A DNA stretch of 64,000 nucleotides. It comes from Balanoglossus misakiensis. Its lineage: Eukaryota > Animalia > Hemichordata. Of this stretch, positions 1 to 14,025 are shown piece after piece. The position numbers and the translations under genes were made by a program. The DNA is taken from positions 10,800,894 to 10,864,893 of the forward strand of contig CM082589.2 of NCBI GenBank assembly GCA_040954595.2, in the 5' to 3' direction. The stretch's first letter is position 1. Each line of letters starts with the position of its first letter. The notes under the pieces are model-generated. The model worked only from the letters and a program-made list of their open reading frames with translations. It ran no database searches and was not told the origin of the DNA.

Positions 1-250
1 TCAATTTTGAAAAAAATCATCGGTGAAAATCATCAAAAAATTACAAATTTTTTACTGCAAAATCTCAAATTTTCGTCGATTTTTTAAAAAAATTGTTGAA
101 AATCATCAAAAAATGACAAATTTTCCTCTTTTGCAAAATCTCAAAATTTCGTCGATTTTTGAAAAAAGACGGGTGAAAATCATCAAAAAATGACAAATTT
201 TCGACTTTGCAAAATCTCAAAATTTCGTCGATTTTTGAAAAAAATCATGG
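1..250. repeat. Degenerate tandem repeat, ~65-80 bp unit, truncated by window edge
   Basis: gaaaatcatcaaaaaatgacaaatttt...tgcaaaatctcaaaatttcgtcgattttt recurs about three times. Confidence 0.75.
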
Positions 251-1131
251 CAGGTGTCAAAGGTATCCCCCTGTATTTGGCATTTCATGATAGTTTCATC
301 CCTCCAAATACCAAAGCTGCACCTGTACAACGGGATGAGATATGGCACTGTATGACAGAGGTCATCAAAATCACCTTATACATTTGGGCAAAAACCAACT
401 GACACTTACATTCGTCCCTGTGGAACAAAAACCACACCTATCGCCCTGTTGGTTAGTGTCCAATTAAATGTATAAAATCAATGACTTAGGCAGGTGCAAC
501 AGGTGACCCCGCCTTTGGTATATCATTATGGTCCCATCCGTATATGCCCCCCCCCCCCAAGCCAAAGCTGCATGCATCTTCTGTAGATGCTCACTAAGCA
601 AAAGTAGGTGAAAGGTCTCATAAGGTCGCCCACAACTTGACGGGAAAATCGGACTTCATATTGATCCATGTGCAACAAATACCACGCTACCACCCCTTTC
701 ATTGACCCCACAATTACGCATGCACATAATTATTGAGTTACGCAGGTGTCACAGGTGACCCCCGAATCGGGTGTATTGTTTTGGTCCCATACAGCTGCAT
801 GTAGCTGCGTGCCGTTACGGGCGACCTGATAACCCACACGGCCACCTGCGGGCCGACCCCCATACTGAACGTCCAGTTGCAACATCACGACTGAAGTAGG
901 AACTTTTGAACGGCAACGAAGCCTGATCTCTGATTATTGCTGGTACCATACTCCCTTCGTGCAAGAAAATCACTGGTCTGCTGACGTATTTCAGGCAATT
1001 TCCCAAACTACTATCCACTACATGTGACTACAATGCTAATGAAACCTCCCACAACATTAGCGACTTAGAGTCAAAGCCCACTGCCAGTGTAGCCGGGTTT
1101 GCGTAGACACATTTGAATGGCAACAGCTAAC

Positions 1132-4100
1132 AAATAATAATAATTCTTTATTTCAGACTTTAAAAAAAGTCCATATACCCAAAAGAGAGAAGAAAAAAAA
1201 AACAATAATAATAATCTGACACTGAGACACACACAAAAAAAAACTTACATGATATACAATTGCTTTCGCCAATGTTTGAAAAATATGCTGTCAGTCGCTC
1301 TATCTGATGAACAGATCGCATCAAGTAAAACATTAGAAGAATTTTCGAGTCTACGCTTAAGATGGGTCCCTGGGATCTTTTTGCTCGTTGCTATGGGCCT
1401 TTATAGGACATTACACCCCGATTTGGACTAAGCCGTTTTCAGAGTCTAACAAGGGGCTGGTAACTAGTTGAAAATCTGCACGATTGTGAGCGCGCGCCCC
1501 CTGACGCCATTGATATGAAAATTAGCTAGGTCAAATTTCAAAAGCCTAAGGCTTTTTATTCCGTGACCTCAAAAACGAACTTGATACGTATTCATTAGTT
1601 GCTTGAACCAGGGAAGATCGTGACGGATTTTGTTTTCGAATATTATCGTTGTATCCTAAGATTTCAGCATACCCGTACCACACCTGAAAAAGTCATCGAT
1701 TTTGGGTGTTTTTGGACGCACTCTTCCACCGGTATCGCTTCTTAGCACGACGAAAACCGAACAAACGATCCGTCACACTGTGCGGAGGTGCGTTCTCAAC
1801 AAGCAGGTCAAATTTGACTGGCGTACGTGGCCTATGAAAAAAGCCTTAGGGATTTTCGTGAACGGTACAAAATCTCTGTGTACAAAACATTGGATTTTTA
1901 GCGTTCGATCCAGTTACTGTGGTTACAGGACGCGCACGCTATCGCTGACCGCTGCTTTGCCGTATTAGCGTGGCGGCCTATGGCCGGGTGGTAGCTGCCG
2001 TAAACATACTCGGACAGGGGGTGTGCACACAATCGTGCAGATTTTCAACTAGTTACCAGCCCCTTGTTAGACTCTGAAAACGGCTTAGTCCAAATCGGGG
2101 TGTAATGTCCTATAAAGGCCCATAGCAACGAGCAAAAAGATCCCAGGGACCCATCTTAAAACTGTACATATTGCGTCTAAAAACTTCACCAAGTGACAAT
2201 ACATGTACATGGTTTGTAGCAAACATACCCGATGCACAGCAAAATGGCGGAAGACCGAGAAATCTTCTCCAAACATTATTGTACATAGTTTTAAATTTTT
2301 TCATCGGTTTAACTTTAAAGGATGCCCACAAACTGCAACAGTAAATATTACTACAATATGCCAAAAATAAAACTTTCTTCACATCTTGACTACAATGTTG
2401 AAAATGTCTCAATAGCATGTTTGCTCTTACACAAAATGCTCTTCTCTGTCGTTCAATATCTTCATTATCACAACCATCACAAGATATAACATGGCCCAGA
2501 TAGGTGTGTACAGGTACAAACTTTAAAGTGATGTCATTAAGTTTAACCGAAGGAATTCTTTGAACGCTCATATTCTTCCCATTAAAAAGCATGCACACAG
2601 TTTTACTAGAATTATAAATGATATCATAATCCTTGCCATAAATTTCACAAATTCTAAGAAGACGGCGTAGACCCTTAATACTTGGACTGAGTAGAGTCAT
2701 GTCGTCAGCGTAACCTAAAGTGTTAGCGCTGACACCACACATGGTACAGCCAACTTTGGCTTTACAGAGTGCATTGATAATATCATCAATGTAGACATTA
2801 AAAAGATAGGGAGAGAGTACCCCCCTTGTCTTACACCGTTAGAAACAGAAAACAACTCTGAGGGTTCATTACCCCACAACACAGTAAACAATTGATTTCT
2901 GTACCATTAATATAAAATTCGTACAGCATACAAGGGAACATTCCTGTCGATGTGCTTGTTAATTATAACCAGTTTAAAGTGATTAACTCTGTCAAAAGCT
3001 TTTGAAGCATCCAGAAAACAAGTAAACACTGGTCTTCCATTGCTGGTGTAGTAGCTAATGATTTCTTTAAATGCAAATAAACACAGGTCAGTTGAATGTT
3101 CTCGCTTGAAACCAAATTGTAAATAATGAGAGGTAAGAAACTCCTCACAACGAGAAAGTAAAATATGCTCAAAAAACTTTAGAGAAAAAAGTTGCTAGTG
3201 CTATCGGCCGGTAGTTACTGGCATCACTACAAAGCTTAGTTTTATCCTTAATAATTGGAACTAAATTAACATTGATAGCCTCAGTTGGCAGGTAACCATG
3301 AACAATCATTGCATTAATACAACAAGTCAAAAAGGGTAAAATAGAGGAGTCTGAGAATTTGAGGTGCTCAGCTAAAATATTGTCAATGCCAGCTGTCTTA
3401 CCGTCAGGTAACTTATGTATAGCAGAAATTACTTCGTCTTCAGAAACATACATATCAGAAGAAAATTTAACATACTTCATTTTCTCCTCGATGTCATTTT
3501 TACCAGTCTGAGCCTGGACAGAATTCAAAATATCACTGAAATGCTTGTGCCACATAATTGCAATTTCACTCTCACCAGTCGCTCCACCTACAGTGTCAGA
3601 AAGCGGCGTTTTTCTGCTAGTTTGCTTTCTGACTTCCTCCCAGAAGTCGTTCTGTTTGTGGCAGCGTAAATTATCAGCCATCTTGTCAGCCCTATTTTGA
3701 TTCTCAATCTTTTTACAAGCACGTAAAGCATACTAAAAACGAGCTCTGGAAGATTTCATGGTTTCAAAAAGCGGGCCTTGTTTAGGTTTACCCACATTAA
3801 CCCATAATAAAAACATGGAACGGGCATAGTCGTGACTTTCTTTTACAAAATCGTTCCAGCCAGGCACAACATGAACTTTCTGGTGAAACTTACGTCTAAT
3901 GGTATCTTTTGCAGCACAATTCAATGCGTCCACAATACTACTATAACAAGTATCAATTGCCTGTAAATGCGAAGGGTCTGTACAGTTCACATTAGTGCAG
4001 AATAACTCTTCGGATAAATTAATCTTATCAATCTTGGCTTTGGTACAACCGGTGTAGGCGGATATATTCTGCTGTGACAATTTTTTCCAATCAACTCGAA

Positions 4101-4270
4101 AATTACATTGCTTGAAGGAACTACTGCTGAAGCTTTCATCAGCAGAAGTGTTGAAATGAACCTCCATTGAAACAGGAATATGGTCGGAGTCAACAACATT
4201 GCAAAGACTCGAAATTGAAAGAACATTGCTATGAGAAATTTCAGTGGTAACACAGTAGTCAATCCAAACT
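1132..4270 (-). mobile_element. 5'-truncated, decayed non-LTR retrotransposon (APE-RT LINE)
   Basis: Minus strand encodes APE C-terminus (WIDYC...SDH, ~4180-4270), NYRPIAL, GYADDMTLL; stops and frameshifts split ORF2; ORF continues across the MITE to WRKQLYIM*; 3' end has AATAAA and an (ATT)n tail at 1132-1145. Confidence 0.9.
1361..2155. mobile_element. Non-autonomous TIR element with TTAA TSD (Kolobok-like GA..TC termini) inserted in the LINE RT ORF
   Basis: ~128-bp perfect TIRs (GATGGGTCCCTGGGATC...), TTAA at 1357-1360 and 2156-2159; removing it restores the LINE frame MYSFKRRLENSS. Confidence 0.9.
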
Positions 4271-4469
4271 CAGCGTAATTCAATAAAACGCCCTAACACA
4301 GCCTGAACTCCGATAATGTGTTGTCCCAAAATTCATTCCGTGGAAAATAATCTCTGGTCTGTTTACGTATTTCAGCCGATTTTCCAAGGACTACTGCAAC
4401 CCGCCAGAAGTGAGTAGCCTGCTAATGAGATCTCCACAACATAACGTAATGACGGTCAAAGTCCGATGC

Positions 4470-4871
4470 CCCAGTGTCCGTCCTCAGCCCACCAAAAAAA
4501 GCGAAAAAATATTACAAAAATCTTCTTCTCAAAATCGACGTGGCCTAGGACCTTGAAATTTGGCACAGGGGATTTTGGCCACATGGTCTACAAAAATCGC
4601 GAAAAGACTGTACATGCCCCCATTAACGTGCAAATTAGGTCAATTTGAAAATTTCGCTCGATTATAGCAACAAAGTCACGTGACTAATTACAAATTCAAA
4701 GGGCTGGTGCACCAGTACTATGGGCCCCAACCACCGTGCCAAATTTGGAAGGCGCACCTGCCGGAATTTCAGAGAAAAACGGGCGCAAAAAAACGACTCA
4801 AGAAGAAAGAAGACAAACTCCAGCAATAACAGAAGGGGACCAAGAGCCCTCAGGCGCTCTTGGTCCCCTAA
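4470..4871 (-). mobile_element. Probable Helentron/HINE-like repeat fragment
   Basis: Terminal hairpin aggggaccaagag...ctcttggtcccct followed by an A run, preceded by an (AAG)-rich tract. Confidence 0.4.
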
Positions 4872-5610
4872 ATATGGGACTAAACTTGACAGATACCCGG
4901 AATATTTTCCTATTCAGGATACCTGGTTGCATTTCCACCTAAAGGCGTCCTATTGGCGTGGAAATTGTATAACTTGAAATCGTTTGACTGGGTGATAGGT
5001 ATTAATATCTTATGATGTTATAAAACACTTGGCTCGCCGAAGGTATGGACCGATTATAGCGTCAGTCGTGTCATACAATCTATATGAACGTCATGGGTCA
5101 ATAAACTTGATGGTCCAATAAAATTCAATGGTTAGTAAAACTATTGTGTCCAATGTCTGCAGAGTATACTGGCTGCAACATGTGTATGAGTCAGGATTAA
5201 TGTCTGTAGCCATCAACCCAAAAGGTGAACGTCCTATTCTCACTAACTTAAATAGGTTTTGCGACCTAGTTGAGTTATAAAAACCTTATGATAAAGTCGA
5301 CACAATTTCAAGATGACGATGTGCAAATGAGAGTTCATAAGCTAAAGTAAAGTTCAATGAATTCTATACAAAGTTCAAAAAAGATTGTTTACTAAAGGAA
5401 GACATGAAAAAACTGATATCGTCTCTTCATATTCGTACATGTCCAACTGTTGTGATTTGACCCCTCCCCCCCCCCCCAGGACATGGTACATGAAGCTATT
5501 ACTTAGTACACACTTAAACAATTGGCATTTGAAGTGCCTTGCTTGACAGTGTTTAATGCGGTGGTCAGTTGCGTTTATCTCTCGCCACTTCATGCATCAT
5601 GTCGCCTTAA

Positions 5611-5910
5611 AGGGGCAAACTCTCTCTCCCGTCGCCCTTTTCTATTAATAATGTTTGATACAAGACACCGTTTATATTAATGGGCATGTGTATATGTAGT
5701 GAATGAACGTTCAACCACACACAACTTCCATCCTGCTTGTATGATATGAGAGTAAAAACTCGCCCAAAATGAATAAATGGTAGAGACCGATTTTTCAGTT
5801 TGGCGAGTTTTCGCTCTCGTGTCAACATGCGGGATGGAAGGTGTGTGCGGTTGAACGTTGCATCACTATATATCCACATTTACATTAACATAAACGGTGT
5901 TTTGTATTGT
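5611..5910. mobile_element. Palindromic MITE family A, partial copy
   Basis: ttaa-aggggcaaactctctct start; homologous to copies at 6699, 18594 and 19272. Confidence 0.75.
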
Positions 5911-6299
5911 CATTTCTTTTAATCGTGGATTTTCGTTTCTGATTTGTATGTATAATGAAAATCCATTTTGGGTCACTGCACTTGTTTTCGACTTTAAACA
6001 AGGCCGTGAATTTAGTCGATAATTGAAGAAAACTGCTGACGGTCAGCATTTTCTACCAATGGTTTGCCTATGGATACAATATTGAACAAAGTTTATCTCA
6101 AAATAGACCGTGGTCTTTATTTTGATTTGTCGGAGCTATGTGTAAAATTTCCTGAAAATGACAATAATAGAAGGGAGTTTTCTAACTATTCTCCATGTAC
6201 TCCTATGGGAAGAGACACAGGCGCACAGTTTACCAGTTGACGTTCTGCGCGTACATCATTGAGTGTACTGGCAGCTAACTTATTGTTTATTTGTAACAG

Positions 6300-6357
6300 C
6301 AATTGGATCTTGGAGCACTGTTTGGAACACCCTTTGTGAAATATGAATGTCCAGAAG
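6300..6357 (+). CDS. Exon leading into CLECT (QLDLGALFGTPFVKYECPEG)
   Basis: ag|CAA...GAAG|gtaagt, phase 0/1. Confidence 0.7.
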
Positions 6358-6698
6358 GTAAGTTGAATTGACCCTAGCCCTTTCACCAACATGGTTCAGT
6401 CAAAACCAATTGTTTTCTATGGTAATGTTGGACCTCTAAAGAGGAAACGGGGGGGGGGGGGTGATGAAAGGTTTAAGACTTACAGATCACAACTTAAATA
6501 GCCATTCAGAAAGAGGCTTAGAGTGGAGTATCAAATCGGACGATACCACTGACTGGTGGAGGAAGACAAAATAAGCAAACTGAGTAGATGAGTGCTCAGA
6601 TTTCTTCAGAGGACCAAACGTTTCAAAGAATTATACGTGACAATCCATGCCTGGTCCGTCAGTAGATATAAACAGAACATTGTGGCTGTATTCATTAA

Positions 6699-6989
6699 AG
6701 GGACAAAGTCTCTCTCTCGCTGCCCTTTTTCCATTAATTATGTTTGATACAAGACTGCGTTTATATTATTCTACATGTGGATATAGTGAATCAACGTTCA
6801 ACCATACACACCTTCCACTCCGCCTGTATAGACACGAGAGTTTTAAAAAGTCGCCAAAATGAATAAACGGTCTCTACCATTTATTCATTTCGGGCGGGTT
6901 TTTACTCTCGTATCATACAAGCGGGATGGAAGTTGTGTGTGGTTGAACGTTCATTCACTAACATAAACGGTGTCTTGTATCATGTCCCT
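6699..6989. mobile_element. Palindromic MITE family A, TTAA TSD
   Basis: ttaa-AGGGACA...TGTCCCT-ttaa; internal near-palindrome. Confidence 0.85.
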
Positions 6990-7056
6990 TTAACACTTTT
7001 GAAGCATTTTACTAATGCTAACATGACTAGACCAATTGAATGATGTTACATTGCAG

Positions 7057-7138
7057 GTTATCAACTCAGAGGGGCGTCTTGTTATAAAGCGGTACCTGAC
7101 AAACAATCAGCTGGCAACGCTGAAAATACCTGTCAGTC
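7057..7138 (+). CDS. Exon, C-type lectin N-terminal part (GYQLRGASCYKAVPDKQSAGNAENTCQS)
   Basis: ttgcag|...|gtaagt, phase 1/2, SCY motif. Confidence 0.85.
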
Positions 7139-10100
7139 GTAAGTATGAAAGTATACATCATTTGAGTAGAATTTTATGGGAGATCCTAACAAGGCTTGGA
7201 CATGTCACGCACAAATACAAAGGGCGCGTATAAAGACAGACAAAACCTCGCTTAGTGTGAGGTGTTCAGCGATTGCATCTGATAAGTCGAAAATGCTTGA
7301 TCACGTGTCATGTTCAGTTGGGAAATTGGATATGTCTCAGGCCAAAAAAACTAATATGTGCTATTCCGATTACATGGTTTTCAAAAATAGGGTAGGTAGA
7401 AAGGGACATTTTTTTATTTTTCAATTTTTTTATATCTTTGGCCGTCGTAGTGTAGAAGAATGACATCATAGTTCTTGCGTGATTCTCGCAATTTTCATGA
7501 ATTGTTGTATATTTGACATCGTTATTTTTACTTCCGGTTTACGAAGATCTAAACTGTTTTGGGTCGGCGGGCTAAAATTAGGGTAGTTCGGGTAATCGTT
7601 ATGACATTGGGAGCTACGGCTGCAAAGCCATGTGTCTCGTGCGAAAAGGGCCCTTAACCTTTTGCAATATTTAACAGCAAACAACAGACAGTTTTGAGAA
7701 TAAAAGGTTTCCGTCGTGTCTGACTTTCATATCGCATTAATAGCATATCCCTAAATTTAAAGAAATTAGGAGAGACAGAGTGAAACAGGCAGAGTGGCAG
7801 ACAGACACAAGCAGACAGACAGAGCAACATTCATCAGTAGAGACACTCATCGGTCGCTCGCTCGCTCGGTCACTCACTCTCTCTCTCAGAGAGAGGGGGC
7901 AGACAGTCAGACAGACCGACGTTGACAGACAGTCAGTAAGTCAGTCAGCCAGTTAATCAGTCAGTCAGACGTCAAAGACACAGTGACACAAACACAGCGA
8001 GGGAGACAACAGGACCTTTCATGCTTAAACCCCTGTTCTTCTGTTATAAACTTTGAAAACCGTTCGTTTTCAGACTGCAGATTGCTCGAATAACGCGACA
8101 CACTGCCGAAACAATAAAACAAATACTAGTGGGAGCTCATAAAATAAAATCGCTCAACCATTCCGTCGTCCTGAGTGACCTCAGCCACATTAATTCCGAC
8201 GTCTTTTTAGGGTCATGAAAAAAGTCACAAATAAGGTATTTCCCCTAGGTCCACCTGAAGCAAAAAGTTTTCGTTTCGACTCCATCATTCCGAATAGTAA
8301 GAAAGCAACAAAATTGAAAAGACAGATGTAAAATGCACTCTCTCTCACGTGGTAACGTTTGTAACTATGGCAATCACGGTACGTGTTCAGTACACAGACA
8401 GGGAGAAAAGTTTCTCCATGCAATACATGTGTTCAGTAAGGTTTGACCTTGGTTTTACTTTGTACCATGATCGCCGCTTTCTAAGCATGGATGAACGACG
8501 GCGGTCAGACCCAATCGAACCCTTTCATGTCAGATGACCACGGTATCTCCACTGTGAGATGACATTTGACAAACCATTTGATTTCAACAAAATCTTCGCG
8601 TCGTCAACGCGTCGCATACCAGTCGCATATCGGTATTTACCCAATCATAAAAGTTGGAAATTCGGGAGACTCGATCTGCAACCAAGTTGAGAGTAAATTT
8701 TGACGTTTGACTATTGGCAAGTAAACAGGTTACACAATGACTTGTCGGTTTTTCCTCCGTCATGGTCGTTCTCGACCCAAGTCCCCCCTCCCAATGTCCT
8801 TCCTTGACATTTAGACACACCTTGCGGTATGACCTTGGTGGTCATGTGCAATTAGTTTTCTTGTATAAAAGCTTTTCATGCCGGGGTAGACGACTTGTGC
8901 GTGGATCATCAACATTTCAGTGATATTTCAACGCAAAGTTTTAGCAATATTAAGAAAACAGGTAGTGAGGTGTCAAATGCATATCAATGTACGAAAATTA
9001 GGTCAAGCCACCCGACAGCAACCGCTTTCACACAGTGTCGGACGTTGCACGGAATGTGAAACGTTACACTGCTTCGGCCGTTCACATGCACCTGGGCGTG
9101 GGTTTGATTGATGGTCAAACGCCCCCACTTACTTTGGGCGTTTTCAATGGTAAATGTGTCGTATTGATCGAAACCTTGCCGTAAACACATTTTTTTTGCT
9201 GAATCAACATTCAGAGTTCAGCCGTCTAGTTAACGAAGTATTGAAGTAAGCCACTTGTTCATCATTTTTTGTCTGTCAAACGTGTTTATTCGGACAGGGA
9301 CCGGCCGCCAATGAGGGGTTTAGGGAGCCCACACGTACACTCTGGTACCTGGACAATTAACATAGACATGTCGTGTGTACCGTCCGGTTCGAAAAGATTG
9401 GTTTAAGGTAGTCCTGGTAACAGTCATCCTAACGAGGCCAGGGGAGGTCTCCAAGGGCGAAATAAACATAGCTACCGATGACGAGTCGAATTCGAATCGG
9501 ACGATGCTTGTTCATAAAAGGCACAGACATAAAGCTTCGAAGTTTTTTGTCTGTGTAGTAAAGATACGACTAATCAGCCTATAGTGTAACCGTAGACCCT
9601 GGAGAAATACCAGAGCACAGCACAATGCAGCAAATGGAGTGAAACAAGAACAAAGCTTAGTCTCTGCCGCAAACAAAGCTAAATCACATATTGACACTCC
9701 AAATAGAAGCAAGACAGCCGGGGGGGGGGGGGGAGGCACAGTTGTAGATCGCGGTGTTGACCCGCCCCTTCCACATCCTGTAGATGTTTGTGCGTCCAAG
9801 GCATTTTTGATAAAATATAGACTTTTGTTTTTAGCTCGAGTGTGGCCTAAGTATATCACCGTTCACACGAAAAATGTCTGTCTTTTTCAAAACGTTGTAT
9901 TATACTTCTGTGTAATTTGAACTCTAATACAAGTGACAGTATTAGAGGACAGATTTGGCACAGACAAAATTCGTATTAACAAACCACAGAGAAAACGTCA
10001 AAATGGAGCGATTTATAAAATGATCAATTCCACGAGTTTGCAAATTAAAGTTAAAGAGATACAGTTTCATTGGGTGGATCACTATCCTAGAGCGGTCTGG

Positions 10101-10499
10101 AAGCATGGGTGGATTTTTACCTGGTGTTTGTTTACCTGGTAAAAATAGGCTATTGTTCTCCCCTGCTTTTCATAGCGGATTTTTTAACACGTCTCCTCGA
10201 GATCAAACATTAATGAGCGATTAAAATCGCTTCGTATACTTTTTGTGGGTCGAGTTGTGTTTTTCGTTTTATTTGGTCATTAATTCGATCAGAATGGATT
10301 GTTTATTGTTGTATTGTTAAAAGCTTGGATTTTATGTTTCAGTTGTGCAGAGTGCTTAAGTATGCTCGACTTGCGTGGCAATTCTGCATATTTGGAGCAT
10401 TCTTTGGAATTTAATTGATTTGGACATGAGTTTGTTGTTTGGTTGGTCATGGAACAACACGTGACATTGTCTGCATGACATTCTTTAGGGTGTTCCAAT

Positions 10500-10664
10500 T
10501 CTGTAAATGACATGAGGTGGTTACATAGGACCATATATGGCTGAGATGAGAACATATGGCGGCGCTCTTTTTTCGCGTGTGCCACCCACTAAAAATCTGT
10601 GATTGGCTACATCTCAATTTGCCATGGTAACTATAGCTAATTTTCCATAGGTGACCGTATACCT
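10500..10664 (-). mobile_element. MITE fragment homologous to 25762-25946
   Basis: Reverse complement of ggaaaattagctat...agccaatcacagatttt...cgccatatgttc; ends atacct-ttaa. Confidence 0.65.
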
Positions 10665-11646
10665 TTAATTGCCTGTTGGTACTAAACAGCACTCTCCCCG
10701 AGTCTAGTGAAACATCATTTTGGGGGATCTGGATTTCGTGTTCATTATTGCGTGACTGATACGGCGGGTATCGATTGGAATAGGCCCTATCGTTAAAATA
10801 GAAGTTCATTCTTGTCGGGCGACCCAGGAAGGCATAAGCTTGACGTGCCTAAAGTTTGTCGGACATTGTTCGACCATCACGGCTGCAAATTGGTTTAAGT
10901 TCGACCCTGGGCCCGGTGTAGCCTGCTCCAATAGAAATGGAGAAATTAAGTATAAGGCAACAACCCGAATGTGCCACTTTTTCACTCACAGCATCCCTAT
11001 AAAACCACAGTAAGTGATAAAACAAAAGGTTAGGTCGACTTTTCATGTCCTTATGCGCATGAAAAGAAAAGAATGAGACAGGGTCAATGAAGTCTAGTAT
11101 CGTGTCTTCGTGCACACGAAGACGCCCGAGCCGTTCATCATCATGGTATTCCTCGTGGAATCTCTTGGCAAGTGCATGGCGTGTACCGAGTCAGAACATG
11201 TAAATACTGACTTCTGCCATAGACGTACCAGGTGCTTCGACGAGTTGGCCTTCGGCATTGTGGTTTTTTGGCTTTTCTAGTGAAGCCGAAGGCCAAAACC
11301 AAGGACCGTGACTAAACTGAAAAGCCCCCACCCCCCCATCTCCCCCCCCCCCCGCCCTCACCAGTTTTTGTAGTAGATATGTTCTTCATGCCTACCCCAA
11401 TTCTACCGCTGGCTGCGCTGTCACAGTGACCTCAAGCCAGGTCAAATTTGAGCTAAAAGACAAGTTCCGTCTACATACTCATGAATATTTCTTGGTTTCT
11501 TCGCGTATAAACTCAGGAATACTATGCCCCTGAAGCCTCGGCTGGCTTTGATGCACGTTATCATGTTTTAATTAGTCAAAGACCCACGGTAGCAAAGTAG
11601 GTAATTGTCTTTTTTTCACGCGTATCCTTTGGTCATATATTCTGCC

Positions 11647-11962
11647 TTGCTGCAGTTTGCAGCCCCTCCATCTCCCCTGAACGAGTTTTGGTTTTGCCGA
11701 TTGAAGTTGAATAACTGGGGAAAACGTAGGCAAAATCGACAAATACCGCGACATCCTTTGCCAGGTAAGCGCTGTATGGGTTCCGGGACCGATTTGGCGA
11801 AAAAATTGTGGAAAATTGTGGACTGGAGACGTCTGGAGTGTAGAAATTCGCTCCGGGCCCAAATCCCGGTCGCTCGTTGTGCGGTTTAGAATAGCTGGGA
11901 CCTGCAGCCCCGCAAAAACAAAAATCGTCCAGGGGAGATGGAGGGGCTGCAAACTGCAGCAA
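11647..11962. mobile_element. MITE-like inverted repeat element
   Basis: 33-bp perfect IR ttgctgcagtttgcagcccctccatctcccctg / caggggagatggaggggctgcaaactgcagcaa. Confidence 0.7.
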
Positions 11963-12696
11963 CCCCCAGCCCCACATTCGCTGATATAATTGTCACGTTC
12001 CTCGATAGTTATTATAATTTTTAGTTAGAGACGGCCTTGTAGACTCGGAATTGTAGACTAGCGACGGCTCAGCTGGCATATCGTACCACTTTTTCTGTTA
12101 CATTGCCGACCGGCCCGGCGCAACTACCGAGGAAAGATACGGGTGTGCTCGTGGGAATTGTCAACTACCCGTTCATCGTTCGACTGCTCAACACAGATCA
12201 TTGATAACACAATGTCACATTTCGAACTAATTTTGAAATTCTGGATAAATTCTCCAAATATCCTGTTAATCTGGGATTTTCTTCCATCACCTTGATGCAA
12301 CTGTATCAGAATTTGTCTTTTAAGTTTATTCACACCAAAAAAAAACAACAACAGCCATTTCCTGGAAATTGTCATGTTTTCTCTAAAAGAAATAAGCTGA
12401 ACTTTTTTATTCAAAGGAAACGTTCAGCAAATTTTTTTCTCCCCAAAATTCAGGTGAATTTTTCACAGATTCTTTTTTCCCAGAAATTCTGCCGAAATCT
12501 ACACTAATCACACACTTATTGGAAAGGTGTAACACAAAATATAGACTTTACAAACAAAAATCTAATGTTATACATTTATGAACCTCTTATTCACCAATAT
12601 TAAATGTTTTCAAAGAGGAAATGTATTATTCACGGACTGGAATTTCGAAATTAGTTTGGAACATGTTTGATGTGTTATAAATTGGTTTATTTTCAG

Positions 12697-12815
12697 ATTT
12701 TATGGTGGGCACTTGACAGTAATTGAGGGTTATTCTGAAAATCGTTATGCTGGAGCAGAGATTGTAAACCAGATTGAAGAGACTTCCAATGAAACAGCGA
12801 ACCATGGTTGGATTG
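12697..12815 (+). CDS. Exon, C-type lectin (FYGGHLTVIEG...HGWIG)
   Basis: tttcag|...|gtgagt; GGHL and WIG motifs. Confidence 0.9.
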
Positions 12816-13263
12816 GTGAGTGTGTCTTTTAACAGTGTTTGTCAGTGTTCCCAAATAATTTGTGGGTGTATCAAGTGTAAAAAATAACTGGTTTTGGAAT
12901 TTGACAGTTTACAAGTAAGCACTGCATAGTAACACTTGAATGATAATTGTCTCAAGATGGTAATTGAAAAGCCTATTTTTTACATCTCAATAACCTCACA
13001 GAATCTTGCTATTAAGTGACTCTGTATGCAGTTTTTCATCCAGATGGAGGGATGAGGGAATTCGCCCACTGTCAGCATGTTGGCACCCCCCTAGAAATTT
13101 GTCAAGGGGGAAATGGTGCCCCTTACAGACTCAGCGATGTCACTCATTCCCCTCCTTGCAAGAGTGCAACTATTCAAGCAAAGGGGGACATATACCCCCC
13201 CCCCCCCCCATCCTGGATGAAACACTGCTGTATGCATCTTCTTTCTTTATTTCCATTTTATAG

Positions 13264-13479
13264 GATTTAGTGGACCCAATCGAGATGGCAGTGTGGAATA
13301 TGATTATTCAGATGGCAGGAAAGGTAGTGTCTTTGATGGTCGATGGGCAGACACAGAACCTGATGCCTCCACTGGGCAATGTGTGAGGTTAAACCTCTTT
13401 GAAAATAATTACCCATTGTATCATGCAAGATGTGATGATGTCAGTCTGTCAATGTGTGAAGTAGCAGCTTGTGCTGAAG
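13264..13479 (+). CDS. Exon, C-type lectin C-terminal part (WADTEPD...GQCV...CEVAACAE)
   Basis: atag|...|gtaagt; EPD motif, conserved Cys. Confidence 0.9.
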
Positions 13480-13574
13480 GTAAGTCTGATTCAAATCAGC
13501 TAGAATCTTCCCTTACTCGCATCAGGTCTTTACTTTTCTCGCACTGCTGTAGTCACCTCCCAATATATATACTA

Positions 13575-13875
13575 AGAGAGAGTGTGTGCAAAAGAGCGGG
13601 AGGGAGAGGCTGGGAGGGGAGAGTGAGAGGGGAGGGAGAGAGAGCTGGAGAGTGACAGGGAGGGAGGGAGGGAGGGTGGTAGTGAGGGAGAGGGGGAGAG
13701 AGAACTAGAGGGAGAGGGAGGGGTAGAGGGGGGTAGGGAGGGAGAGAGAGCTAGAGAGGGGTGGGAGGGAGGGAGAGGGGCGGGAGAGGGGAGGGAGAGG
13801 GGCGGGAGAGGGGAGGGAGAGAGCTAGAGAGGGAGGGGGAGGGGGTGGAAGGGAGGGAAGGAGAGAGAGTTAGAG
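13575..13875. repeat. G/A-rich polypurine low-complexity tract
   Basis: gggagggagagggg-type runs. Confidence 0.9.
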
Positions 13876-14025
13876 TCCCCTAAGCAATACAAGATATACT
13901 TGGAAGAGCTCACCACTAAAAGTTAAACAAGGGGGATCAGATCATGTGATGTCTCCTTGGGTGCAGAATGGTGTTATATTTGAAATTCAAAATTGAGGCC
14001 AGTTGTCGCTAGATAATTCCACTCA

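Noticed and set aside
5080-5600. Candidate signal-peptide first exon of the Uif-like gene
   Set aside because: No convincing ATG, hydrophobic stretch and phase-0 donor combination found
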